This document shows positions 47,211 through 58,481 of a stretch of 64,000 nt of DNA, piece by piece (within the stretch, counting starts at the first letter, position 1; every line of letters begins with the position of its first letter). Origin of the DNA: an uncultured Hormoscilla sp. (GTDB lineage Bacteria; Cyanobacteriota; Cyanobacteriia; Cyanobacteriales; Desertifilaceae); contig OZ001293.3 of NCBI GenBank assembly GCA_963921275.4, positions 4,640,001 to 4,704,000 of the forward strand, in the 5' to 3' direction. A program made the translations under genes and the position numbers. The notes beneath the pieces are model-generated. The model did no database searches. It was not told the origin of the DNA and saw only the letters and a program-made list of their open reading frames with translations.

Positions 47211-47510
47211 TCAAGAGGCCACCAGGGCTGTTTCATTCTTCCCCGTCACCCACGACACCGGTTACAGATCGTTTAGGCCATGAAACCAGGGCCCGCCACC
47301 AGCCAGGGCACAACCAAAAACCACCCCATTATAAAGTGACGTTTCCCCATCCGCCAGAAGATTTCCTATCAGAGTCGGACCTGAGTAAGTGGGCAAACGC
47401 CCCAGAGTCAGGAGACCCGTTACCCCCCTATCTTCAGAAAGAGAACGGTAAGTACGTATCGGACCCGGTAATCAACATTCTCCCCCCCTATCCCCATATC
47501 CCACCAACTA

Positions 47511-47960
47511 GGGCGTGTCATCAGTTAGATTAACAATATGGGTCTCCACCAAAAATATATAACAAGATGATTGAGTTGACAACCAGGATATATTGGTGTG
47601 ATCTAAGAGGGTAAAGGTTAGAGCAGGAGAATTTGAGAAATGCGTCGCTATGCTTTAAGAGATGACCAGTGGGAGAGAATCAGGGACCTATTGCCAGGTC
47701 GGGAGGGTTATGTGGGGGGGACAGCTAAGGATAACCGCTTATTTGTCTATGCTGTCTTGTATCGATATAGAGCTGGGATACCTTGGCGGGACTTACCCGA
47801 GCGATTTGGGGACTTGAGGGTAATTCATACGCGCCATAGTAGGTGGTCAAAATCCGGGGTATGGGAAAGAGTATTCAAGGTACTTGCGTCCGATGCCGAT
47901 AACGAATATGCGATGATTGATTCCACGATTGTAAGGGCTCATCAACATAGTGCAGGTGCT
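47511..47960 (+). mobile_element. Truncated copy of the IS5 element (left end plus orfA)
   Basis: Near-identical to the reverse complement of 12669-13118; ends just before the A-run. Confidence 0.92.
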
Positions 47961-47965
47961 AACTA

Positions 47966-49889
47966 GGCCTGCAAACTCAGCGTTCAGGCGAACGATATCG
48001 TATTCAGCACTGGCTGCGATATTCTCGCTGACTAAAATGTGATCTAATGCCTGAGAATTACCCTGAAAGATGAATGTATAGCGTTCTTCTGATGGCATAG
48101 TTTCTGTCAGGTTGACCAAAAGGTTATCGCCTTTAAGAATTGTCAGGGTTTCTTCAAATTCAAACTAGTTTAAGTCTCCCAACACCACTACATTAGCATC
48201 CGGGTTACTTAACAGCAGGTTATCGACAAAGTCATTGACTACTTCAGCTTGCCGATTGCGCTGTTCGACGCTACCATTGATAGGAGGCTGAATCTCGCCA
48301 AACAGGGGACTGCTACCACCTTTAGAACTGAAGTGATTGTTGATAACCGTCACTGGGAGGCCATCGAACTCGAAGGTGGCGACCAAGGGTTTGCGACTGT
48401 CATCAAAGGCGGGACCCTCTAAACGCTGTTCTGACAGAAAGTTAACCCGATCGGGGTTATAAAGATATCCCACCCGAATATTACCTCCAGGTTGACTGCC
48501 ATCTTCACCATCTGCTGGTGTACTGTCCAGGATTTCGTAGGTCGGTCCCCCCGCTGCGACAATGGCATCAATGAGGGTACTGTAGGTAAGGTCGGCGTTG
48601 ACATTACCCGAATCAATAGAACCGTCATTATCTTGCACTTCTTGCAGGGCGATAATGTCGGGACCGTTTAGGTTATCGACGATCTGAAGGCCGATCGCCT
48701 CAAACCGACCCTCTGCCACATCAGCACTACCATCGTCATCATTTGGGTCTAGGTTCAGTACATTGTAGCTGGCGATCGTCAATCTATCTGTCGGTAACGA
48801 GGTAATCTCTGGTTCTAAATCCCCTGGTTCTGTGGTAAATTCTGTCGTGGGTAAGACCTGGAAATTGCCAAATCCGTAACTGATGACGCCAGTAATGTCT
48901 CCCAGGCGATCGCCTACATTTACTTGAGGGATGTCAAAATCAGGTAACAAGTCCCGATCCAGTTGGATTTTAATCCGTTCTGGGTTAAAGTCATCAGGGG
49001 CGATGGTAATGCCGCCGCGACTATTCACACCCGTGGCCCCCAGACCATTATCCGCTAGGGTGTAGATTTCATTAAAGCGAGTAGTAGGACTGACTGCCAC
49101 GGTATCGCTGACAGTAACTAACATCCCCTCCAAGCTTTCCCAAAAGTCAATGCCGTCGGGTGCTATTATTTGAGTAGGTAAAACTCGTCCTTCCGCGCCT
49201 ATAACTACTGGTTCTGGTAAGGGATTGTCCGATTCCAGAACGGCGATCGTTACTTCACCGCCAATTTGAGTGGTAGAAAGATTGTTAGTGCTAGGTCCGC
49301 CAGGAATAAACTCGCTTACCGTGCCGCTAACTAGGACTTCATCGGCAGCTATGACATCAGGTGCATCCCCAGTAAATACAAAGATACCAGAACTGCGATC
49401 GCCGTTGCCAATGGCGGGGTCTTGCAGGTAAAATCCATTATCAACAACTGCGGTAACTACGCCCGGAACATCAGTAACAACTTCACCTGCGAATTCCGAA
49501 GTTGCCCCAGAACCCTGAATATCCCCAATACTGATATCGGTCTGCTGGGTTGCTTCCAGCAGGTACGCTACAATCTGTTCAGCGTTCCTCCGCGTCGCAT
49601 CTCTAGCAACAGCCCCTGAAGTCAAATTTTCACCGGTAAACCCTAACAGATACCGCAAATACAAAATTCCGTCAGTCAAGGCGTCTATATTGCCATTCCC
49701 ATCCAGATCCAGCTCGTCACGGATGGATCTGAGGTATCCTATTATCCGATCTGCTGTCGTTCTGGTTGCATTGGGAGCGATCGAGTTTCCGATCAGGACC
49801 TCACCTGTCAACCCAAACAGATAACCCACTATCAACCTCCCGTCAGTCAGTGCGTCTAACCTGCCATTGCCGTCTACATTCCAAGTCAT
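47966..49889 (-). pseudogene. ExeM/NucH-like extracellular endonuclease/exonuclease/phosphatase with in-frame stop
   Basis: N-terminal D.DGNG..DALTDG repeats, OB fold, ASYNVLN, ALQEVQD, NHFSSK, GDLN. TAG at 48165, then the frame continues ...SQALDHIL; the 3' end is cut by the IS5 remnant. Confidence 0.85.
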
Positions 49890-50290
49890 GTGCTATCCCC
49901 TTGAACGAAAAATTCTTCTCAATTATAAGCAAAGGAAATCCGATCTGTGTATAGATCAATAGATTTTTTTGCGTAGATTATATGTTTAAGTATTCGATCC
50001 CCTGTAGATCCTCTCTTTACAGCACCAAGGCTCCTGCTTTCATCTCCAGCACCACCGGTAGAGAGCTCCTCTCCAGCAAACAGGTTCTCCAGCATGAGAC
50101 AGATCCGCCTAAGAGACGATCGCACTCCCATATTGCCGGTCGATCGCGACGCGGCAAAGGCTAAAGCCTTTACTACGAACGGCACACTGGCAAAAGCTAA
50201 AGCCTTTACTACGAACGGCTCAAACCCTTACAGAGAAAAGCAAACGCGCCTTGCCAGATTTTGAATCTTGAACTACCTTAAATAAGTAAT

Positions 50291-50448
50291 TAAGTCAGCA
50301 GCTTCAATAATAAAGTCAGCTTTACTTGTGACTAAGTCAGCAGCTTCAATAATAAAGTCAGCTTTACTTGTGACTAAGTCAGCAGCCTAAATAGTAAAGT
50401 CAGCTTCACTTGTTACTAAGTCAGCAGCTTAAATAGTAAAGTCAGCTT
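50291..50448. repeat. 42-bp tandem repeat (two related ~21-bp halves), about 3.8 copies
   Basis: Unit TAAGTCAGCAGCTTCAATAATAAAGTCAGCTTTACTTGTGAC. Confidence 0.92.
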
Positions 50449-50804
50449 TTTTTATATACAAAAAATTACTTATGTCACAAAGTAAATTTTTAATTTTCAG
50501 ATAGAATTTACTTGCAGTTTTAAATCATTACCAGATGTTTCTCCTCCGGAAAGTTTCACAATTCGGTCTGTGCGGAATGTAGGTTTCATCCTCAAAATCA
50601 AAAATACGGTCGATGTCTGGTACTATGGTTAGCATTGCTAACCTTGTCAAAGTGACTCAACTATCCCAAAACCGTTGAAATTCCCAGGTTTTCTCTCAGG
50701 CCATAACTATGGTTGGATCTGATGAAAGCCACATGATTCTCAAATCAAACAATTTATTGAAAATCAATAACATTGAAAGAACCAAAATTCATTCAACTAC
50801 ACTT

Positions 50805-51345
50805 TTACAGGGGTGGGTGGGTATTATCCACTTCTATATCAACCCAGACCAAGCGATGGTCTGAAGAGATCGCGCTGCCATCCCCTACAATCGAAAACAG
50901 GGGTTCGTCCCCTTCCGGCCAAAAGATGCCAGCATCAATAATATCCAGATTATCAGCAGGTCGTGTCCGAGAGCGCCCACCAACGACAAACGCACGCACC
51001 CCGCGACACAAAAACACAAGCCCAAACCAGTCAAACAGATAAACTTCTGGAATCATTGACTCTGGGGTTGTCCAGCAATTGGGCGATCGCATTATCAAAA
51101 CTATCCCCGTCGAAGGGGTCAGCATTTTGGTCCCCCACGATGACTCCCCTAGCATCTATGCCGTCCGCATCGAAATCGAATTCATTAATCAACAGCACGT
51201 CGGGGTTGACTATTTGGATAATCTGTGCTATTGCTTTGGCTTGTTCGTCATCTGGCCCAGACAGGTCTGCAATCAGTTCACCTGCTGAGTTACGGTTTAA
51301 TGAAGCGTTAAAAGTCGCCAAGCAAATTGATGCCATAATACTCCT
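50805..51345 (-). pseudogene. Endonuclease/exonuclease/phosphatase family protein, multiply deleted
   Basis: ATFNASLNR, PDVLLINEFD, GDQNADPFDGDS, SSDHRLVWVD with large gaps between them. Confidence 0.8.
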
Positions 51346-51692
51346 CATACCGATGGCTATCATTTATTCTCTGTCAGAGAATAAAGGTTGAAGGTTAAAT
51401 AAATAATATCTTCTGTTTAAGATTTGATTAATTTCAAATTAAAACTTGTTAATTATTAATCGCGATTGAGAAATTGCCTAACCAAGAGAAAGAGTTTTGA
51501 CCAGAGATCGTCTAAGATAAACGATAATTTTACCCTGAAAAATATCGGCCAAAGTATAACTGAAAAGTTGAACTAATGAAAGTGGGCAGTTGTATTTGGC
51601 CAGGTGGTAGGTATCATACCCAAGGCATAAATTCACGCTATGAGATAAAATAAGGCTATCCAAGGGCGATCGCCTGAGGTGATAATCAAATT

Positions 51693-52766
51693 ATGAATAA
51701 AATCTTATTATACGGTGCAAACGGTTATACAGGTTCCCTAATTGCGAGATTAGCAGTGCAGCGGGGACTGCGCTTTATCCTAGCGGGACGGAATGAGGAG
51801 AAAATCAAGCCTCTGGCAGCATACCTGAACCTAGAATACCGCAGCTTGGCTCTGTCCGATACTATGGCCCTAGAGGCAGAACTGCAAGATGTCGTAGCAG
51901 TCCTGCATTGTGCCGGTCCGTTTCAGCAGACCTGGAAACCAATGGTGACTGCTTGCCTGGGAACAAAAACCCATTACCTGGATATTACCGGAGAATGGAT
52001 GGTGTTAGAGGCGATCGCGGCCCTGGATGCAGAGGCCAAAGCAGCGGGAGTGATGCTATTGCCGGGAGTAGGTTTTGATGTAGTCCCCTCGGACTGCCTG
52101 GCAGCACACCTGAAAGGGCGGATGCCAGCAGCGCAAAAACTGGCGATCGCCTTTCAAATGAGTGCGGACTCCTCTAGCTTATCAGGACAGTTATCCCGAG
52201 GAACCGCCACCACGATCGTAGAAGGGCAGTCCCGTCTGGGCATGGTCCGACAAAACGGGGTACTCACCCCAGTGCCAGCAGCTTGGAAAACCCGGACGAT
52301 CGACTTAGGACGAGGTCCGGTCTTTACCACAACCTTACCTTGGGGAGACGTATCCACAGCTTATTACAGCACCTGGATCCCGGACATCGAAGTATATACA
52401 GCGGTCTCGCCCTCTCTATACCGGATGATGATTGCCAGTCGCTATCTAGGTTGGTTCCTAAGTTTACCCGCCGTACAGAACTTCCAGAAACGGGCGATCG
52501 CCAAACGGCCCCCAGGACCAACGGACCTACAGCGGCAACAGGGGATAACCCTGCTATGGGGAGAAGTAGAAGACAAAGTTGGCAACAAGCTAGCTTCGCG
52601 GTTGCAATGTCCCGAAGGCTATACCCTCACAGCCATGACTGCTGTTACCATTCTCGAAAAAATGCTGGCCGGAGAGGTAGAAGTCGGTTTCCAGACCCCC
52701 TCTTTAGCCTACGGTGCCGATTTAATTTTGTTAATTGAGGGGGTCGTGCGCGAGGATATCACCTGA
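51693..52766 (+). CDS. Saccharopine dehydrogenase-like NADP-binding oxidoreductase
   Basis: YGANGYTG, CAGPF, HYLDITGE, GFDVVPSD, GFQTPS. Confidence 0.9.
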   Translation: MNKILLYGANGYTGSLIARLAVQRGLRFILAGRNEEKIKPLAAYLNLEYRSLALSDTMALEAELQDVVAVLHCAGPFQQTWKPMVTACLGTKTHYLDITGEWMVLEAIAALDAEAKAAGVMLLPGVGFDVVPSDCLAAHLKGRMPAAQKLAIAFQMSADSSSLSGQLSRGTATTIVEGQSRLGMVRQNGVLTPVPAAWKTRTIDLGRGPVFTTTLPWGDVSTAYYSTWIPDIEVYTAVSPSLYRMMIASRYLGWFLSLPAVQNFQKRAIAKRPPGPTDLQRQQGITLLWGEVEDKVGNKLASRLQCPEGYTLTAMTAVTILEKMLAGEVEVGFQTPSLAYGADLILLIEGVVREDIT

Positions 52767-53852
52767 TAGGAACTAAGCAGATGGGTAAGTCTCTACTACC
52801 AAGGCACAACTATGCTATTTTGCGCTCAGTCTGAATCCAACAACCGGCTCATAGACATAGTTAGAAAAAATTTACAAAAAAACGCAAGCAAAATCAGGGA
52901 TAAAGATCGCGGGTGGTGTAGAATAATGAGTGGGGCAGAAGTTATCCTCATCCAACCATAATTCAGTTGTCTCATCATCAAACTATGCGCACAATTATTA
53001 CTACTGTAGGCACTTCTCTTTTGACAAACAGAAGCGACGATCGACCCTGGAAGGGATGGAATCGAAATTCTGGTGAATATCCTCAACCAGAAATAGTAGC
53101 CGAGTGGGTAAAAACTGCCGATCCACGAAAAATCAGTGCAGAAACTCATACTTGGTATAAGCTGGGCGCGTTAGAAAATCAAAAGGGAGTTAAGGAACGG
53201 GTTGTCCTCATTCATTCACAAACCGAAGATGGTAAATATTGTGCAGAGAGACTCGAAGACTATGCCAAAAAAAACGGCTTAAATGTAGAATGGCCATCGC
53301 CCTGCAATACCAATCCAGCAGACAAAAATAAGCTAGAAGCTGCTGAACATCATCGACCTAAAAATTGGGAAAAAATAGTCAACGATCTGTCACAGAGTGG
53401 GTATGTACGACTGATCCGATACGACAAAGCTGGTGGGAATCAGAAAGGCATCCGTGAAGCAAATGATAATGTCACAGATTTGTATGTTGTGATAGATGAC
53501 GGCACCTACGTACTGAGTTTGAGGATAGAGACTACTGCTGAGAAGGCAGGTCAACGACGATTAGTTCTGGATCACCTTCGTAATAAGATAAATAAACTGT
53601 TGTAAATTGAATTGCCTGTTCCGACAGCTGAAGCCCTTGCTGCTGCACGGTAGCTTCCCGGGGAAAATAAAACAGCTGTTACCATTGCCGAAAAATTACT
53701 AGCCGGAGAGGTAAAAGTCGGTTTCCAGACCCCCTCTTTAGCCTACGGTGCCGATTTAATTTTGTCAATTGAGGGGGTCGTGCGCGAGGAGATCACTTGA
53801 TAGGAACTAAGCAGATGGGTAAGTCTCTACTACCAAGGCACAACTATGCTAT
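52641..53852. repeat. 178-bp direct repeat pair (52641-52818 and 53675-53852)
   Basis: Direct alignment with a handful of substitutions; spans the oxidoreductase 3' end, the intergenic DNA and the last codons of the HEPN gene. Confidence 0.92.
52985..53605 (+). pseudogene. CARF protein of the APE2256/Crn1 ring-nuclease-like family, probably internally deleted
   Basis: MRTIITTVGTSLL, SAE, LIHSQTEDG..CAE motifs. The usual N.TGG(F/Y)K segment is absent. HH motif in the C-terminal part. Confidence 0.65.
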
Positions 53853-54432
53853 AATTGGTTTGTATTTGTTGCTTCATGCCTTCGTCGGTAACAGCTACAA
53901 GATGCCTAAAAAACGCATCAACATCGTTTATTGCTTGAGCCGTAAGCCGAACTTTTCCAGTTGGCGATTGAGTCCAAGTATAAGCCGGAATGCTAAAGCC
54001 ATGGGCAAAACTGTGCCTGACTCTCAAAATCTCGTTTAGTCTCTGTCGGACAGCAACTCCACTCATGCTTCTTGCGGACCATATCCAATCACCAATAGGG
54101 TCATAGCCAGTGTATCTAATTAAAAGGTTTCGCGTGTTCTCACTATTTGGCGTATTAAATTTTTGAAGTTCCCGTTCTGCAGTATCTCTAGCAATAAAAT
54201 GTATAGCATGAAACTTGGGGTCTAAGGGGTTAGCAGTTGCATCGAAAAAGTTTCTAACCAGTTCGTTTATATAAGCATCCCATGCAGCAACAAATGTAGC
54301 TAAAGCGGAATGGTAGTAAACTTGTGTGTCGCTGCGCGATATTGGACGCAAACGGGGGTCGGTCGCCGTTTCACGAAGTATTCGTGCCTTGTTGGACTCG
54401 TTTTGGTATTTGAGTGCTGCTGGTGATGGCAC
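53830..54432 (-). CDS. HEPN-domain protein (RiboL-PSP-HEPN-like)
   Basis: R-x4-H motif RHSFAH; N-terminal helix AAWDAYINE; FNTPN. Confidence 0.7.
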   Translation of the reverse strand: MPSPAALKYQNESNKARILRETATDPRLRPISRSDTQVYYHSALATFVAAWDAYINELVRNFFDATANPLDPKFHAIHFIARDTAERELQKFNTPNSENTRNLLIRYTGYDPIGDWIWSARSMSGVAVRQRLNEILRVRHSFAHGFSIPAYTWTQSPTGKVRLTAQAINDVDAFFRHLVAVTDEGMKQQIQTNYSIVVPW

Positions 54433-54442
54433 AGTAATATCT

Positions 54443-55477
54443 CTATAGACAGTCTACGAATTGTTCGAGCGCTTCTCTGTATCTATCCAGTGGCTTTGGA
54501 TTCAATTGCACGCGCTCATCTGCAATCTTCTTAGGACCCGGTTTAATCTCGTGCAAGGGGGTACCAGTGTGACTAGCAAACACGCAAGCACTGTGATAAT
54601 CTGGGATTTCAATGAAGCTGTTACTCGGCGATTCCTTGGGATTCGCAAAAATATGACGATGATGCTTGTGTCTATTATCCATCGTCTCCTTAATCGTTTT
54701 GTTTACGGCTTCAAATGCCTTGCTCGGTTTACCATCATACAATGTCATCCTGTTGTTCACAAAACTATGTAATTTGGGTATAGATAAACCCTCTTCCTTC
54801 GCACGTTTAGCAAAGCTAATTTTTGCGTATACCTCAGTTTGTGAATCCGTTATGCCATAGAGAAGTGCAAAAACATTCTCAAGAGCGCGACGGGAACTTT
54901 CATCGGCGGTAAATGGCACAATTACGCCTGATGCTGCAACAAGAGCAAGCTGTGTATAGATAGCGAAACTAGGGTTACAGTCGATCAGAAAGAGGGTATT
55001 TCGATCGCCACTATGTTGACGGAGAGCAACTGTGAGGTCTTGTACCCAAGTTAGTACCTGTTTCCATGAGTCAATTGGTATAGACAGTTGGGAGGTTTGG
55101 CGAATCGCTTCCGAAATTATTTCGAGTAAATTGTCTCCACATATGAGCCTCAGATTCTCTGGTATATTCGTATTGTATTCTTTGGGTTTGCACAGATAAG
55201 GTGAAACCTCATTAATCATCCGAAAAGGTGAATTTAGACGCGCTTCCAGATAGCCTGCCACCGTCGCCCGAGGAGTCTTAGTGAGCAGAGAATTGAGTGC
55301 CTTTGGACTCTTGGGGTATCCTCCAAGTAGCGTTTCCGATACATTCGCTTGCGGACACAGGTCAATTACATAGACATCTGTATCCGGATGACGGTGAGCA
55401 TATTCGGAAGCTGCGACAAAGCAAAGAAAACTCTTTCCGACCCCACCTTTGTTATTCCAGAAAGTATATGAACTCAT
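54443..55477 (-). CDS. ParA-family ATPase
   Basis: NNKGGVGKS deviant Walker A, IDLCPQAN, LIDCNPS. Confidence 0.9.
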   Translation of the reverse strand: MSSYTFWNNKGGVGKSFLCFVAASEYAHRHPDTDVYVIDLCPQANVSETLLGGYPKSPKALNSLLTKTPRATVAGYLEARLNSPFRMINEVSPYLCKPKEYNTNIPENLRLICGDNLLEIISEAIRQTSQLSIPIDSWKQVLTWVQDLTVALRQHSGDRNTLFLIDCNPSFAIYTQLALVAASGVIVPFTADESSRRALENVFALLYGITDSQTEVYAKISFAKRAKEEGLSIPKLHSFVNNRMTLYDGKPSKAFEAVNKTIKETMDNRHKHHRHIFANPKESPSNSFIEIPDYHSACVFASHTGTPLHEIKPGPKKIADERVQLNPKPLDRYREALEQFVDCL

Positions 55478-55684
55478 TTGCTGCGTTTTTTGTCAGTTGT
55501 TAGTTGTTAGTTGCGATTGACTTGTCCCGCCTGTCAGTCTGTTTTCAGTAGCATAATGTCCTAAATACAAACATATAAAGCGTTAAAGCGTTGTGATCTT
55601 ATACATCTTATTAAGTTAAAAGTAAAAAATGAATTTTATTTACTTTTAACTTTTAACTTGTGCAAGGAGATCGCCCTGGTGCTA

Positions 55685-56614
55685 TTATCTTTTATAAGCG
55701 AGGGCAAAGCGTTCAATGCCTGCTAGATCGGGAAATATCTGAATTTTATCGTAACTCCCCTGATTTTCCAGCATTTCCCTCACCGCTGGTGCCTGGGAGG
55801 CCATCATCTCCACCAACCAGACTCCTCCAGGACAAAGATAATCTGGCGCGATCGCCACCAATTCCCTGATACAATCTAACCCATCTTCACCCCCATCCAG
55901 GGCCAGGTGAGGTTCGTGTAACCTCACTTCTGGTTGCAGTTGTGGTATCATCTTCCTGGGAATATAGGGGGGATTTGCCACCATCCCACTTAACTGACCT
56001 TTTAATTCCTCTAGAGGCTCAAACCAATTACCTCGATAAAACCTAATTCGAGTTCTTAAACCTTGTTGCATAGCATTCTTTTCGGCAATTGTCAAGGCAT
56101 TGGGGCTACAATCTACAGCATGAATTGTCGCATCCGGGAAAGCTTCAGCTAAGCCAAGGGCGATCGCCCCACTACCAGTACCCAAATCCGCCCAATCTCC
56201 CAATCGGAGAGCGCTTTTGGACATCGTTCCGGAAAAATCGGAGGAGGCGATCGCCAAATCTATCAAGCACTCCGTATCCGGTCGTGGAATCAGCACATCT
56301 GGGGAAACAGCCAGGGAAAAATGACGCCAAGGGGCCACACCCGTTAAGTACTGGACTGGCATTCTGGCATCGATCCGTTGTCGCCACAGCCTCTTGAGTT
56401 CCACAAAATCAGTACCTAGCTGAAATTCAGCTAGGTCCTTAAATGACTCCAGGCGGAGACTCAATTTGTCCAGACCGGCGAACTCTTGTAATAACCAGTC
56501 CAGTTCTGCTGGGGCCACGCCTGCCGCGATCGCCTCCCCAGTCGCCTCTCGTCGCCACGAAGCCAGTTGGGCACCGTCAATATGGCGATCGCACTGACCA
56601 TCACCAGTCCCCAT
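55685..56614 (-). CDS. prmC: Release factor glutamine methyltransferase
   Basis: VLIPRPDTE, DLGTGSGAIA, NPPYIP, EPHLALDGG.DGL. Confidence 0.95.
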   Translation of the reverse strand: MGTGDGQCDRHIDGAQLASWRREATGEAIAAGVAPAELDWLLQEFAGLDKLSLRLESFKDLAEFQLGTDFVELKRLWRQRIDARMPVQYLTGVAPWRHFSLAVSPDVLIPRPDTECLIDLAIASSDFSGTMSKSALRLGDWADLGTGSGAIALGLAEAFPDATIHAVDCSPNALTIAEKNAMQQGLRTRIRFYRGNWFEPLEELKGQLSGMVANPPYIPRKMIPQLQPEVRLHEPHLALDGGEDGLDCIRELVAIAPDYLCPGGVWLVEMMASQAPAVREMLENQGSYDKIQIFPDLAGIERFALAYKR

Positions 56615-57370
56615 TCACTCATTCCCATTCTGACTGCTTTGGAGCGATCGCAAATACTCCACAGACTCCCTAGAGGGTACCAGCACAACCTGGTTCAGTT
56701 GCGGATCGTCCTTTGTTTTCAAAGTCCGAATCACCTGTAGCAGATTCACCACATCAATCTCAATATTTGGAATTTGGTTAGAGTTTGTTTCCTTTAGCTT
56801 ATCCAACATTCCTTGCAAATCTTCTTTATTAAAGAAGAAAGGAACCACCTGGTTTTCACCTCTCTGTACCGTCAAGAACCCCCCATCTTCTCCTCCCCGT
56901 GCAAAGAACAGAGGCACTCCTGGAAATCTCTCCACCTCTTGACCCTCCTGGCGCAACAGGGATAGGGCCGCCTCCACCTGTTCCTTCATCGGTACCAACT
57001 CGAATACTATTCTATCTTCGTTGTTCTGTTGGGATCTCTGGTATATTTCCGCTAGAGATAATGGCACTACTTGCACCGCATTTCCCACTTCCGGATTTTG
57101 GCTTTTCAGCCTCTGTACATATGCTTCTGCGGCCTGCTTGCTGATAAATACCCCTACTATTGAAGCCTGATTTTCCTCATCCGCCACCTCCACCACCAGT
57201 GGCGCACCTTCGGCATTCGTAATCGTAAATACTGGCACTCGCCGCAGTTTTTGCACCACATCCTGCTCTGGCAAAGCCCGAGCCTGCATACTTGTGAGCG
57301 CCACAGTCCCCAACAATGTCGTACACATCAGAGACAATGTCACGCCCCACCGGGCTAATAAATTTTTCAT
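56615..57370 (-). CDS. tic22: Tic22 family protein
   Basis: Signal peptide; AL...VVQKL..VPVFTIT...GAPL, F.GVPLF, VPFFF.KEDL. Confidence 0.9.
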   Translation of the reverse strand: MKNLLARWGVTLSLMCTTLLGTVALTSMQARALPEQDVVQKLRRVPVFTITNAEGAPLVVEVADEENQASIVGVFISKQAAEAYVQRLKSQNPEVGNAVQVVPLSLAEIYQRSQQNNEDRIVFELVPMKEQVEAALSLLRQEGQEVERFPGVPLFFARGGEDGGFLTVQRGENQVVPFFFNKEDLQGMLDKLKETNSNQIPNIEIDVVNLLQVIRTLKTKDDPQLNQVVLVPSRESVEYLRSLQSSQNGNE

Positions 57371-57525
57371 CGCTGCTCCTGACTTCTAGGTCATATTTTG
57401 TTTTCTGCTAAATATCCTTACCGCTGGCTGTGGCTGCTTTCTCCCCAGTCTTGGCTGCTTTCTCCCCAGTCTGGCCCTACCCAGGCACCACTCCTTCTTC
57501 CTGCCTACCGGTGGTAGATTTTTAA

Positions 57526-57599
57526 TCGGGATGACAGGATTTGAACCTGCGACATCCTGCTCCCAAAGCAGGCGCGCTACCAAGCTGCGCTACATCCCG
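57526..57599 (-). tRNA. trnP: tRNA-Pro (TGG)
   Basis: Reverse complement CGGGATGTAGCGCAGCTTGGTAGCGCGCCTGCTTTGGGAGCAGGATGTCGCAGGTTCAAATCCTGTCATCCCGA. Confidence 0.95.
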
Positions 57600-57900
57600 T
57601 TTTTCATCTACCTCTTATTATATCCCTTTGCCCCAATTGTGGCAAACTTTTTTTCATCTTTTATCTGCTACCTAGCAAGCGTGAAAAAGGGCACCCTAGT
57701 TCTATGTTAGCCTGATTTGACCCTTACTGACAACCAAGAGCCGAAATTTTTCCGCCGTCGGGCTAGAGACAATTCCCTCTCCCACCCACCCACTTCCACC
57801 CACTGGACCACAAGAGCGAGTGATCGCAGAGGTCAGCTCCGGTGCCCGCCGATCACTCTTGGGATCGCCCGTGCGTTATAACCGTCGGTCCAGTTCTGGG

Positions 57901-58431
57901 TCAGTTCGGGTACCAGAACATCCCTTTTATCCCCTCTGGGTCTGGGATAAAGCCCAGATTCCGGTAGAAATCGACCACATGAGGATCTGCAAACAGGGTA
58001 ATGTTGCTAATATCCTCGCTACGCAATTTTTTAACTATCTGCTTCATCAGAGCCTTGCCCAGACCCTTTCTTTGGAAAGCTGGGTGAACCGCTACATCCC
58101 AGAGGGTAGCATTAAAGGCATGGTCTGACGTTGCTCGGGCGAAGCCTATCAGCCGGCGACGTTTCCCGCGTACCTCCCACATGGAAATCACGAGAAAACT
58201 GTGCTGAATGGCTTTTTTGACTTTACGCACGGGACGCCGAGACCAACCCACAGCATCGCAGAGTTCTTCCAGTTCGTACAGGTCTAGTTCCCGGTCGGTA
58301 CTGAAGAAAATGCGTGCGCTACTGCTAGTGTTCCCGCCCGCATCTAAGGCAGCAATATACTCCTGTGTGCGTGTTTTTCTAGGAGCGACGGTCGCATCTG
58401 AGCTGCTAAACAAGCTTTTCCAAAAACCCAT
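57901..58431 (-). CDS. ycf52: Ycf52-like GNAT acetyltransferase
   Basis: [43 protein letters not shown]. Confidence 0.88.
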   Translation of the reverse strand: MGFWKSLFSSSDATVAPRKTRTQEYIAALDAGGNTSSSARIFFSTDRELDLYELEELCDAVGWSRRPVRKVKKAIQHSFLVISMWEVRGKRRRLIGFARATSDHAFNATLWDVAVHPAFQRKGLGKALMKQIVKKLRSEDISNITLFADPHVVDFYRNLGFIPDPEGIKGMFWYPN

Positions 58432-58481
58432 GCAGGCGTGATTAAGGTGTAAGAGTTAAATAGACATTACTAGCTAGTATA

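Noticed and set aside
46894..47283. ORFs with PRGPKPQ / TERSKTP repeats as intron-encoded or real proteins
   Set aside because: They are open only because the 21-bp unit lacks stops; the minus-strand ones overlap intron domains V-VI antisense, and none has RT motifs
50154..50219. 31-bp direct repeat GGCAAA(G/A)GCTAAAGCCTTTACTACGAACGGC
   Set aside because: Only two copies 5 bp apart; resembles common cyanobacterial dispersed short repeats
50291..50448. Possible CRISPR array
   Set aside because: Pure tandem repeat without spacers
52641..53852. Diversity-generating retroelement TR/VR pair
   Set aside because: Mismatches are not confined to adenines of one copy, and no reverse transcriptase is in the window
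57386..57583. 65-aa ORF
   Set aside because: Overlaps tRNA-Pro and a short tandem repeat
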